Virus record (IMG/VR): IMGVR_UViG_3300035105_000087
Coordinates: 1 to 35,603 of that record
Length of the DNA stretch: 35,603 nt
Direction: 5' to 3' (one strand)
Source: a virus
Taxonomy: Duplodnaviria > Caudoviricetes
This document shows, in pieces, positions 1 to 6,919 of this stretch (position 1 is the first letter of the stretch; each line of letters opens with the position of its first letter). A program made the translations under genes and the position numbers. The notes below the pieces were generated by a model that ran no database searches, was not told the origin of the DNA, and saw only the letters and a program-made list of their open reading frames with translations.

Positions 1-502
1 CTAATTCCTCTTCATATTTCTTTTCTTTCGTCTCAACCACTTCAACTGTGATTTCAAGATTCTTAAAGATAGCGTCAAGATATTCGTAACCAAAACGAGC
101 AAGCCTATCTTTGTATTCAATCAGTATCCGTTCAACCTTACCTTCAAAACACATCTTGATTAATTTGTGTATGCCGTTTCTTTTCTCATTTATCCCGCTG
201 GCAATCTCATCAATCATCATATACTTGTAGCCTTTGGATTCAGCGTATTTTCTCAACCTGTCTTTTTGCCGTTCAAGATTTTCTTTCTGCTTGGCTGTAG
301 AACATCTCGCATAAATCATAGTCAACTTTTCTTGCTTCTCTTTCTCAACTCCCATATAAGCGTCTAAATCATCTTGTCTAAAACGCCTATGCTTACCCGA
401 AGTCTTGAAAGACTTTATCTTTCCTTTGTTGGCAAGCGTCTTGAGGGTATTAATTGATACCCCAAGATATTCGCTTGCTTCTGTGCTTTTATAGATTTTC
501 AT
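1..502 (-). CDS. tnpA: IS607-family transposase TnpA (MerR-type HTH + serine recombinase), 3' truncated by window
   Basis: Manual translation from ATG at 502: MKIYKSTEASEYLGVSINTLKTL...TSGKHRRF...IYARCSTAKQKENLERQ...DEIASGIN...EYKDRLARFGYEYL; no stop in window, so missing from ORF track. Confidence 0.93.
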   Translation of the reverse strand, partial: MKIYKSTEASEYLGVSINTLKTLANKGKIKSFKTSGKHRRFRQDDLDAYMGVEKEKQEKLTMIYARCSTAKQKENLERQKDRLRKYAESKGYKYMMIDEIASGINEKRNGIHKLIKMCFEGKVERILIEYKDRLARFGYEYLDAIFKNLEITVEVVETKEKKYEEEL

Positions 503-1124
503 TTATTATCTCTGGCTCTAAATATTCCCCCAATATATAGTTTTTATTTTCATTTTTGGGATAATCTTTTATTGGATAAGCTAATTTTAACAACCACTCT
601 TTTTTTAATTGCTTATTTTTAGTTGCAAAAAAAACATACCGATGTTTAGATGTTCTAATTTTCCTTTTACCATTTTGTTTTGCATTATCGTAATGCCTAC
701 TATGCTTATTACCTTCTGTGTATTTGTCTGTTCTTTTTTTTGTAGCCCCTGTATACATAAAATTACATGCTTGATATATATACCCATTGTGATTCATTCC
801 ACTGTCTGCGTATGAAACGACAACCCAATTATAAATGGAAATTCGTCTTAAACAAGCACTAACAAACTGTGAAAGTTGCTCATGTAGGCTTTCAACTCTA
901 CACAATCTGTTTAACTCATAAACATTATCCACAAATTCACCATTCATTATCCCCTTACACAAACTCGGACTGGCTGGTTTCCCAAAAGTACAAACAGCTT
1001 TTAATTCTCCTCCGAGGAACCAACCAAAAGCCTTTGAAATAACAGGTTTTCTTCCTGAATAGTGTCTTGGTAATAAAAAAGAACAAGCCTCTTGATATGT
1101 TAAACATTTAATTTCATCTTTCAT
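489..1124 (-). CDS. mom: Mom-family (GNAT fold) DNA adenine modification protein
   Basis: Motifs HYSG, ELNRL, VVSYAD-x4-H-x-GYIYQACNFxYTG typical of Mu Mom-like proteins. Confidence 0.8.
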   Translation of the reverse strand: MKDEIKCLTYQEACSFLLPRHYSGRKPVISKAFGWFLGGELKAVCTFGKPASPSLCKGIMNGEFVDNVYELNRLCRVESLHEQLSQFVSACLRRISIYNWVVVSYADSGMNHNGYIYQACNFMYTGATKKRTDKYTEGNKHSRHYDNAKQNGKRKIRTSKHRYVFFATKNKQLKKEWLLKLAYPIKDYPKNENKNYILGEYLEPEIINENL

Positions 1125-1269
1125 CTTTCAACTCCTTAACTAATTTCTCGTTTGCATCCACAATCTTCTGCATATCTTCAACTGATATTTCTTTTTCCAA
1201 AGGCTCAAAGAAATAAACCTTCTCGTCCTCTGTCTGAAAATACTCTTTCGTTACCTTTATGACTTTCAT
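1114..1269 (-). CDS. 51-aa hypothetical protein inside the IS
   Basis: MKVIKVTKEYFQTEDEKVYFFEPLEKEISVEDMQKIVDANEKLVKELKDER; GGAGG upstream; stop overlaps mom start. Confidence 0.7.
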   Translation of the reverse strand: MKVIKVTKEYFQTEDEKVYFFEPLEKEISVEDMQKIVDANEKLVKELKDER

Positions 1270-1282
1270 TTTTCATACCTCC

Positions 1283-1311
1283 AATATACTACATTTTGAG
1301 TTAAAAAGCAA
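1283..1311 (-). promoter_or_regulatory. Sigma70-type promoter in IS left end
   Basis: TTGCTT-17 bp-TATATT on minus strand directly upstream of GGAGG and the 51-aa ORF. Confidence 0.65.
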
Positions 1312-1313
1312 GT

Positions 1314-1349
1314 GATTTTAACCGATTTCTTTTGATTTTGTCGGATTTT
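1314..1349. repeat. Four GATTT motifs at exact 10-bp period (probable TnpA binding sites)
   Basis: GATTT starts at 1314, 1324, 1334, 1344; IS607 ends carry phased short direct repeats. Confidence 0.7.
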
Positions 1350-1560
1350 CATAAGCAGTTAGAACCTCCAAATCATTTCTACAATTCTTTACATTTAATC
1401 TTAAAATTATGTCGCAAAGATCAGTAACCGTGCCGAGCGCTTCCCTGCACTCGCGCACTAGGTCTTTCGTGGACCTCGCCGTGTTTATGTTTCGATACCG
1501 AACAATTGCCATGGATCGCGTCTTTGCAACCTCGTTGAGAAGTTGTTTTTTTACTTTCAT
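1318..1560 (-). CDS. Hypothetical protein, C-terminus probably supplied by IS end
   Basis: Coupled to upstream ORF; last ~15 codons (VLTAYENPTKSKEIG) read through the IS left end. Confidence 0.6.
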   Translation of the reverse strand: MKVKKQLLNEVAKTRSMAIVRYRNINTARSTKDLVRECREALGTVTDLCDIILRLNVKNCRNDLEVLTAYENPTKSKEIG

Positions 1561-1757
1561 CCCCTGTCACTATTGTCGAAAAACCGGCAGGCCGTCATGG
1601 TTGGAATAACATGGGACACAGCGTAATAACTACAACGCCCTTTGTTGTCGTAATGCATACAATCTTTGCAAGTCTCACGCGGAGTTGTCCCAACCACAAC
1701 TACGAGGTTTCCGAAAGCGTTTTTTTCATGCCTCAGTTCCACCATTGGATTACTCAT
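1557..1757 (-). CDS. Small Cys-rich (zinc-binding) hypothetical protein
   Basis: CKDC...C...C-x-x-F pattern; GGAGG RBS upstream. Confidence 0.7.
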   Translation of the reverse strand: MSNPMVELRHEKNAFGNLVVVVGTTPRETCKDCMHYDNKGRCSYYAVSHVIPTMTACRFFDNSDRG

Positions 1758-1837
1758 ATGTCACATTCCTCCTTTTTACGTCAAAAATTCAATTTTGAGC
1801 CATTTTCTTCCACCAAGTAATACCATACCACTACAGG

Positions 1838-2329
1838 TCACGAGAAATTCCACGAGACACCCCTAGATTTTCCTCTAATTGGAATCTGGTCACTGCTCAC
1901 AGACTCAATTTCTCCGATATCCGATGTTTTCGCGTTGAAAACTATCTTGAATCCCCTCGAAACCAGGTCGAGCTTGTTGCGCTGTGCGTCGGTCAGCATG
2001 GACGCATGAGGGGGGAGCCGTTCCTCGGAAATGCCGAGTATATCAGCTAAGTCCTTGCGCCAGAAATAGTCATTATTATTCTGGATGTTCCTGCGCCCCT
2101 GGGAATGCTCACGTGCTCCACGGTGAAAATTAGCCGGCACAGGGAATGTGCGTCTCTCGTAGTTCTCGGACAGCCACCGGCAAGCGCCTCGAAACTGCTC
2201 CCAGGAAAATCGTTTCGCGATATACGAAACAAGAAATTTCTTGCGTTCCTCAGTCAGGGAGACGTCGAGGACGTTTGCCAGGGCATCGAGGTTGTGGCCG
2301 ATTTTTATTTTGTCGGTAAATGCTATCAT
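1838..2329 (-). CDS. Replication-associated protein (helicase loader/inhibitor-like)
   Basis: Directly downstream of initiator, ATGA overlap; helical N-domain ending in FPVPANF, typical of this gene position. Confidence 0.5.
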   Translation of the reverse strand: MIAFTDKIKIGHNLDALANVLDVSLTEERKKFLVSYIAKRFSWEQFRGACRWLSENYERRTFPVPANFHRGAREHSQGRRNIQNNNDYFWRKDLADILGISEERLPPHASMLTDAQRNKLDLVSRGFKIVFNAKTSDIGEIESVSSDQIPIRGKSRGVSWNFS

Positions 2330-3030
2330 TTCCCCTCCTCGTCGAAAATCGTCCCGCTCATATCATAGTTACGCTTCGGCTGCGCTTTGTTTCGCAGAGC
2401 AACCAGCCGATCATAATGTTTACGGAGCTTTTTAGGACTCAAAATATTTGTGGACCAGAACTGAGCGTCCTTGTCGCATGAGTTGAAGAGCCACTGGATC
2501 GTTGACCTGATGTCCTGCGGATCGCGTTTGTCCAGCCGGAGCATCAAATCGACCTCTTTCGACCATGTACGGATATTCGGGGGACGTGCGTGTGAAATTA
2601 TTTTTTTTATGTTCTCGTACAAAAATTCAGAAATCAAAACCTGGTGGGAGTCGCGACGAAAGTTGCGACATACCTCTTCTCTTCTCTTCTCTTCTCTTCT
2701 CTTCTCTACGCCACAGACTTTTTCATCTTCCGTAACAAGCTCAACGAAAGTCTGTAACATCTGCAACGAGCGATCTAAAGGCCGATTTTTGAAATCAAAC
2801 CCTTTTCTTGACAAATATTGCTCGTTTAGTGGTATAAACTTTCGGGTCTGAAGCTCTAAAATGACGAACGCAATGAACCGCCATTTGTCGATTTCGGGAA
2901 TCATCTCGAACTCAGGATCGGCACATAACATCGAGAAATAAATTTTACACCAGATCAACTGACGGTCCCGGTAGCCGGGGTGATATTTATCGAGATTTTT
3001 GACATGGAGATACCTCAAAACATCACCCAC
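2326..3030 (-). CDS. Phage replication initiator (replisome organiser)
   Basis: N-terminal wHTH-like region, EKRREEKRREE linker, C-terminal FWSTNILSPKKLRKHYDRL motif of lambda-O-like C-domains; start may be TTG at 3018. Confidence 0.8.
   Translation of the reverse strand: MGDVLRYLHVKNLDKYHPGYRDRQLIWCKIYFSMLCADPEFEMIPEIDKWRFIAFVILELQTRKFIPLNEQYLSRKGFDFKNRPLDRSLQMLQTFVELVTEDEKVCGVEKRREEKRREEVCRNFRRDSHQVLISEFLYENIKKIISHARPPNIRTWSKEVDLMLRLDKRDPQDIRSTIQWLFNSCDKDAQFWSTNILSPKKLRKHYDRLVALRNKAQPKRNYDMSGTIFDEEGK
2674..2707. repeat. (CTCTT)n tandem repeat in initiator linker, possible origin-adjacent tract
   Basis: About 6.8 copies of CTCTT encoding EKRREEKRREE. Confidence 0.7.
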
Positions 3031-3071
3031 TTACATGCGGAGACAAGCGCTGGGTCGTATCCTTGATACAT
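3015..3071 (-). CDS. 18-aa leader peptide coupled to initiator gene
   Basis: Strong AAAGGAGGG RBS, MYQGYDPALVSACKWVMF*, TGA overlaps in-frame TTG of the initiator. Confidence 0.45.
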   Translation of the reverse strand: MYQGYDPALVSACKWVMF

Positions 3072-3085
3072 GACGCCCTCCTTTC

Positions 3086-3165
3086 AAAAAAGTGCGCGGG
3101 GGAAGACCAATCGGCATGGTTGATGGGGAGGAGGGACCATCCGGTGCCAAAGCCGCCCCCCGCGC
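3086..3165 (-). terminator. Long hairpin with U-tract and C-rich loop (terminator/attenuator)
   Basis: GCGCGGGGG...CCCCCGCGC followed by ACTTTTTT; internal CCCTCCTCCCC. Confidence 0.55.
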
Positions 3166-3197
3166 TTAATTATTTGCCTCGATCCATTTCTGGATTC

Positions 3198-4001
3198 CTA
3201 TGATTTAGCCGTGGAATCATCTTCGACGTTGTAAGATATATTTTCAATGACTCCATCCCTGTAATGGTTGATTGAATTGTCAGCGTCATGTACATCGCGC
3301 CACTCAACGCTTTTCGGACACCATTTCGAAAGAAGTTTCAGCGCCGTTTTCCTGTACATATCTTCAGGCCATTTCGCCCATGGAGAATATCTCGAATTAC
3401 CAGAAGGACTCATGGCTTTGTGACGCATGATTTCAGGCATGGGGACGAACTTGAAATGAGTCTTCCCGCGGATCACGACATACGCATATGCACCGATAAT
3501 ATTTCCTCCGTCACCCGATGATGGACGGTGCGTCAAATGTTCGTTTGTCCCGTAGCAATACGAAAATTCGTCGTTTTCCCTGACGATCTCGGCGAACACC
3601 TTGTCCACGATCTGTGAACGATACATCATGTCAACGAGACCCTGATATCCGACAATGAGCGCTGCCTCATGTTTATCATGCTTGCAAAACGGGAGAATCC
3701 AGCAGTGTCCAAGGACACCGATCTCAAGCCCCATCTGAGCGGCCTGCATGACACTGCCAAGCACGGACTCGACCGAACATTCTTTGAGACCAGGAGTGGT
3801 TCGTAAAGCGGTCAACGCCAGCCGAATCAATCGATCCGACGTAATGTGTTGCGGGAGCACCATTTTGATCTGCTTGTCCATCTTGCGGATCATCGACTCA
3901 ATGGTCATTTCCATCGTATTGGATTTTCGTTTCGTAACTTCACCACGAGCCTTCTGGCCAAGAGTGTCTGTAAGTTCTGTTTGTTTTTGATCGTTCATCA
4001 T
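3198..4001 (-). CDS. recT: RecT-family ssDNA annealing recombinase
   Basis: LPQHITSDRLIR, SVLGSVMQAAQMGLE, GHCWILPF, GYQGLVD, SPW-x-KW-x-EDMYRKT motifs. Confidence 0.93.
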   Translation of the reverse strand: MMNDQKQTELTDTLGQKARGEVTKRKSNTMEMTIESMIRKMDKQIKMVLPQHITSDRLIRLALTALRTTPGLKECSVESVLGSVMQAAQMGLEIGVLGHCWILPFCKHDKHEAALIVGYQGLVDMMYRSQIVDKVFAEIVRENDEFSYCYGTNEHLTHRPSSGDGGNIIGAYAYVVIRGKTHFKFVPMPEIMRHKAMSPSGNSRYSPWAKWPEDMYRKTALKLLSKWCPKSVEWRDVHDADNSINHYRDGVIENISYNVEDDSTAKS

Positions 4002-4011
4002 GATGTTCCTT

Positions 4012-4242
4012 TCATTTCAAAATTGATTCGACATCTACCTTTGCCGCCGCTGAGAATTTCTCCAGCGTCGAAATCCTTGGATCCTTGATCTTACATCGAG
4101 CGAACTTTTGTATATGAGTGTATCCGAGACCGGATTTTTCCGCGAATCGCTTCAAGTTCCCGTGCTTTTCGGCACCTTGTTCGCATATTCTTTGAATGTT
4201 ACGAATGACGTACTTACGAACATCCTTCCGTCGTCCCATCAT
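4012..4242 (-). CDS. XRE/Cro-type HTH regulator
   Basis: LKRFAEKSGLGYTHIQKF...DPRISTLEKF; ATGA-type overlap with yqaJ stop. Confidence 0.8.
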   Translation of the reverse strand: MMGRRKDVRKYVIRNIQRICEQGAEKHGNLKRFAEKSGLGYTHIQKFARCKIKDPRISTLEKFSAAAKVDVESILK

Positions 4243-5198
4243 ATCTCTCCTTTCAATAAAAATCGCCGTTGTCTGGATGACATAAGGCAATGCTTGTAAA
4301 TGTCATGATACTGTTGCTTGAGCATATTAGTATTCAACCGTTGAATATCAGATGCTTTCCACGTCACGGCCTCTTTGCCGTTAATAGTTCCGACCTCGTT
4401 AGTTTTGAGCATCTCCTTCAATTTATTTTCATACAGGCGTTTCTCCTTTTCGAGTTCCTTGATACAATTATTCACCTTATGAAGTTTTGTGTGCAGGTCG
4501 CCGCCAGTTGATCCCAGTTCGATGGTTGTCCTGGATGATTCAGGATACATGGTGTTCAAGAGCCTTGTCGAAACCTCTGATTCGTCCACAGGTGGAGGAT
4601 TCCTCGGTATGACATACTCGCGCCAAAATCGTTCGCAAATCTGCACGAGATTGCGGATTATTTCATCATTACGCTTTATCCCCTCACGAAGGATCAGCTT
4701 TTGACCGCCGACTAAGACGGCGATGTCGGCTAACCGGTACCCTGTGAGAAACAAGTACCATTGCACCTGGGTCATGTAGTGATCAGGGACCAATTCATCA
4801 CTCCAGTCTGAGAGATGGAACGGGTTCAACGTTTTGATTTCGAGTACGCCGCGCGATTCCTTGGATTCATATTCGCCGTCAAGGCTCCCTATGGCCCATG
4901 GATATTCCCGGTGCTGAAGAACCCCGGCGATTCTTTTGAACTGTTTATTTGTTCGGTTTTCGTACTCTCTAGCAATAGGGGATTCCAGAAGGCGCCCCCA
5001 TTTCAAATATTCTTTTTCTTCTGTATTGATGTCTTCACCAATCTTGTCCATGTACACTTTTACTGGACTGCTCCATGGTGATATTCCACATATTCCGGCA
5101 ACGTCTGAGCCGCCGATGCCGCTCTTGCGATATGTGAGCCACCTCTCACGTTCCGTGTCCGGGTCGATATATATAATGTTTGACGTGTCTGTGATCAT
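4239..5198 (-). CDS. yqaJ: YqaJ-like viral recombinase exonuclease
   Basis: WL-x-YR-x-x-GIGGSD, WG-x-x-LE, SLDG, LEIKT, Y-x-x-QVQWY. Confidence 0.95.
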   Translation of the reverse strand: MITDTSNIIYIDPDTERERWLTYRKSGIGGSDVAGICGISPWSSPVKVYMDKIGEDINTEEKEYLKWGRLLESPIAREYENRTNKQFKRIAGVLQHREYPWAIGSLDGEYESKESRGVLEIKTLNPFHLSDWSDELVPDHYMTQVQWYLFLTGYRLADIAVLVGGQKLILREGIKRNDEIIRNLVQICERFWREYVIPRNPPPVDESEVSTRLLNTMYPESSRTTIELGSTGGDLHTKLHKVNNCIKELEKEKRLYENKLKEMLKTNEVGTINGKEAVTWKASDIQRLNTNMLKQQYHDIYKHCLMSSRQRRFLLKGEI

Positions 5199-5554
5199 GC
5201 CATCGTCATTGGGGTGAATATGTAGGGGTCTTGTGATTCGTCGATAACCCTGCGGATCATTTGTGAGATTTCGCGAAGCTGGTCGTCGTCGATCTGGTGT
5301 CCCAGTACGCCCTCAACAAGGTGTTGCACCTTGTCCTCGAACCTCCCGATATCACATTTCACGATGGATTCGATGTAGTCTGAGATGTACATCACCTCCG
5401 GTCCATGCGGAACGTAGCCATTATCGATCAGAAAATTCCTAATGGCCTCCTCTTGATCATCTAGGCGTCTGTCTTCGTCGCGTTCATCGCGATCAAGATC
5501 GTTGAGGTATTCATTGAGCCGACGCTCTTCCTCTTTTCTCAATTCCTCGTCCAT
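5195..5554 (-). CDS. Acidic hypothetical protein
   Basis: AAGGAGG RBS before ATG at 5554; stop overlaps yqaJ start. Confidence 0.75.
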   Translation of the reverse strand: MDEELRKEEERRLNEYLNDLDRDERDEDRRLDDQEEAIRNFLIDNGYVPHGPEVMYISDYIESIVKCDIGRFEDKVQHLVEGVLGHQIDDDQLREISQMIRRVIDESQDPYIFTPMTMA

Positions 5555-5568
5555 TACGTAGCCTCCTT

Positions 5569-5676
5569 TTAATATGTTTTCAGCAGATGTTCGATCTGCC
5601 AAACTTTCCACTTGGCGAAATACAGCAGATATTTGTTTTTGCTTTTTTTTGTCCTGAACATATTCCTCTTTTTCAT
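5569..5676 (-). CDS. 35-aa basic peptide, first gene of recombination operon
   Basis: AGGAGG RBS; MKKRNMFRTKKSKNKYLLYFAKWKVWQIEHLLKTY*. Confidence 0.55.
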   Translation of the reverse strand: MKKRNMFRTKKSKNKYLLYFAKWKVWQIEHLLKTY

Positions 5677-5699
5677 GCTAGCCTCCTGAAATAAAGAAC

Positions 5700-5766
5700 C
5701 CCCCTGCGGGAAAAATGGAAAAACCGCAGAGGGGCAAAGGGCGGGAAGAGAGGGGGAAACCCGCCC
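5700..5766 (-). promoter_or_regulatory. Tandem GC-rich hairpins with pyrimidine loops in 5' leader
   Basis: GGGCGGG/CCCGCCC (5739-5766) and CCCC(T)CTGCGG/CCGCAGGGG (5700-5734) between promoter and first RBS. Confidence 0.55.
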
Positions 5767-5811
5767 GATATGATCATATTTATAATCGTAATCCCTCTCA
5801 TCACGATTGAA

Positions 5812-5840
5812 ACAATAAATAAATCTATTTGTTGAGTCAA
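5812..5840 (-). promoter_or_regulatory. Sigma70-type promoter for recombination/replication operon
   Basis: TTGACT-17 bp-TATTGT with upstream A/T tract. Confidence 0.75.
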
Positions 5841-5867
5841 TAAAAAAAATAAAATTATTATTTTTTT

Positions 5868-6575
5868 TTAATGTTTTATGTTTCTAGCGCAAATTTTTTC
5901 ATGGCGAATGAACTTCAACACCTCGTTTATCGCGTAGTTCGCCCATCCCTTACTTACCCAGTCGGAATGTTTTTGTCCGTTCGCGTGTATGTTGAATACA
6001 TACGGAAAGCGATCCGATTCTGTAATCGGACACCACACCCCCTCGAAATTGATGTTCACGTCAGCCTTTGTTCCATCGCGATGTCGGAACCCCCAGTACC
6101 CGGAATTCCCTCTCGATATCAAAAGCGGGAGCCATTGGATCACTCTGTCAGACGTGGAACAGAAGTTGAAAACGGCCCGCACCTTTCTATACATCCGCTT
6201 GAAGTCATATGAGCAATGCAGAGTGCCTCCGAATAAGCATAGATATATGTTATCCCATATTTCGTCTGCTTTTTCCAGCGCCCTCGCTACAATGTGCGTC
6301 CCGTTTGAGTGCGCCATGATGATTACTTTTTCGTAGTCCCTGGAAAGCTCCTCGATCCGCTCTTTCAGCGTGTAAATAAGTGGGCGATGGATTGCGTGGC
6401 GTATCAGGGGGATGACCATGGTCCACGTTCCGACCATGCCATACCCGCCGTTGTAGACCTGCCCGGTATCATTGTTCTCGTTCAGCAACTTTCTGAACAT
6501 ATACTCATAATCGTCAGCATTGGACGACTTGGTGTTGATTCCATGCACAATGAGGTAACAATGATTGTTTTTCAT
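5868..6575 (-). CDS. Alpha/beta hydrolase (lipase/esterase-like) at lysis locus
   Basis: LIVHG oxyanion motif, AHSNG nucleophile elbow, SDRV acid, HSDW histidine. Confidence 0.85.
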   Translation of the reverse strand: MKNNHCYLIVHGINTKSSNADDYEYMFRKLLNENNDTGQVYNGGYGMVGTWTMVIPLIRHAIHRPLIYTLKERIEELSRDYEKVIIMAHSNGTHIVARALEKADEIWDNIYLCLFGGTLHCSYDFKRMYRKVRAVFNFCSTSDRVIQWLPLLISRGNSGYWGFRHRDGTKADVNINFEGVWCPITESDRFPYVFNIHANGQKHSDWVSKGWANYAINEVLKFIRHEKICARNIKH

Positions 6576-6919
6576 TTTCCCTTTTCCACGATCTGACCGA
6601 TAAGCGCAATCATGGTCTGGTTGTAGGTTTTAAAGTCCTCTCGGAGATCCTCGAAACCTTTTTCCATTGCTCGTTTCAACTCATCGAATTCGCGTTTCGA
6701 CTGCGAATGAATGATATCACAAGCGCCTTTTCTGACATAGCTGGCATCAACGTGGGCCTTATGCTCATCGAATCTTCTATACACGCCAGCCACGCTTTTT
6801 TCGCGTTCATCGCTCACCGCTTGTATCCTTCTGCTGTTGTCTGCGTATACCCTGTATATGAGACCAAGGAGTGCAATCGCGCCCCCTGATATTGTGATGA
6901 TGATGCTGGAATCCATCAT
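6572..6919 (-). CDS. Holin-like membrane protein (N-terminal TM + coiled coil)
   Basis: IIITISGGAIALLGLIY hydrophobic helix then charged coiled coil; last-but-one gene of late operon. Confidence 0.5.
   Translation of the reverse strand: MMDSSIIITISGGAIALLGLIYRVYADNSRRIQAVSDEREKSVAGVYRRFDEHKAHVDASYVRKGACDIIHSQSKREFDELKRAMEKGFEDLREDFKTYNQTMIALIGQIVEKGK

Larger units (their letters stand above)
1..1366 (-). mobile_element. IS607-family element (left end plus passenger genes and tnpA; continues beyond window)
   Basis: Serine-recombinase TnpA, visibly AT-rich versus the phage, four GATTT motifs at 10-bp period about 20 bp inside a GG dinucleotide (1365-1366, minus strand). Confidence 0.8.
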
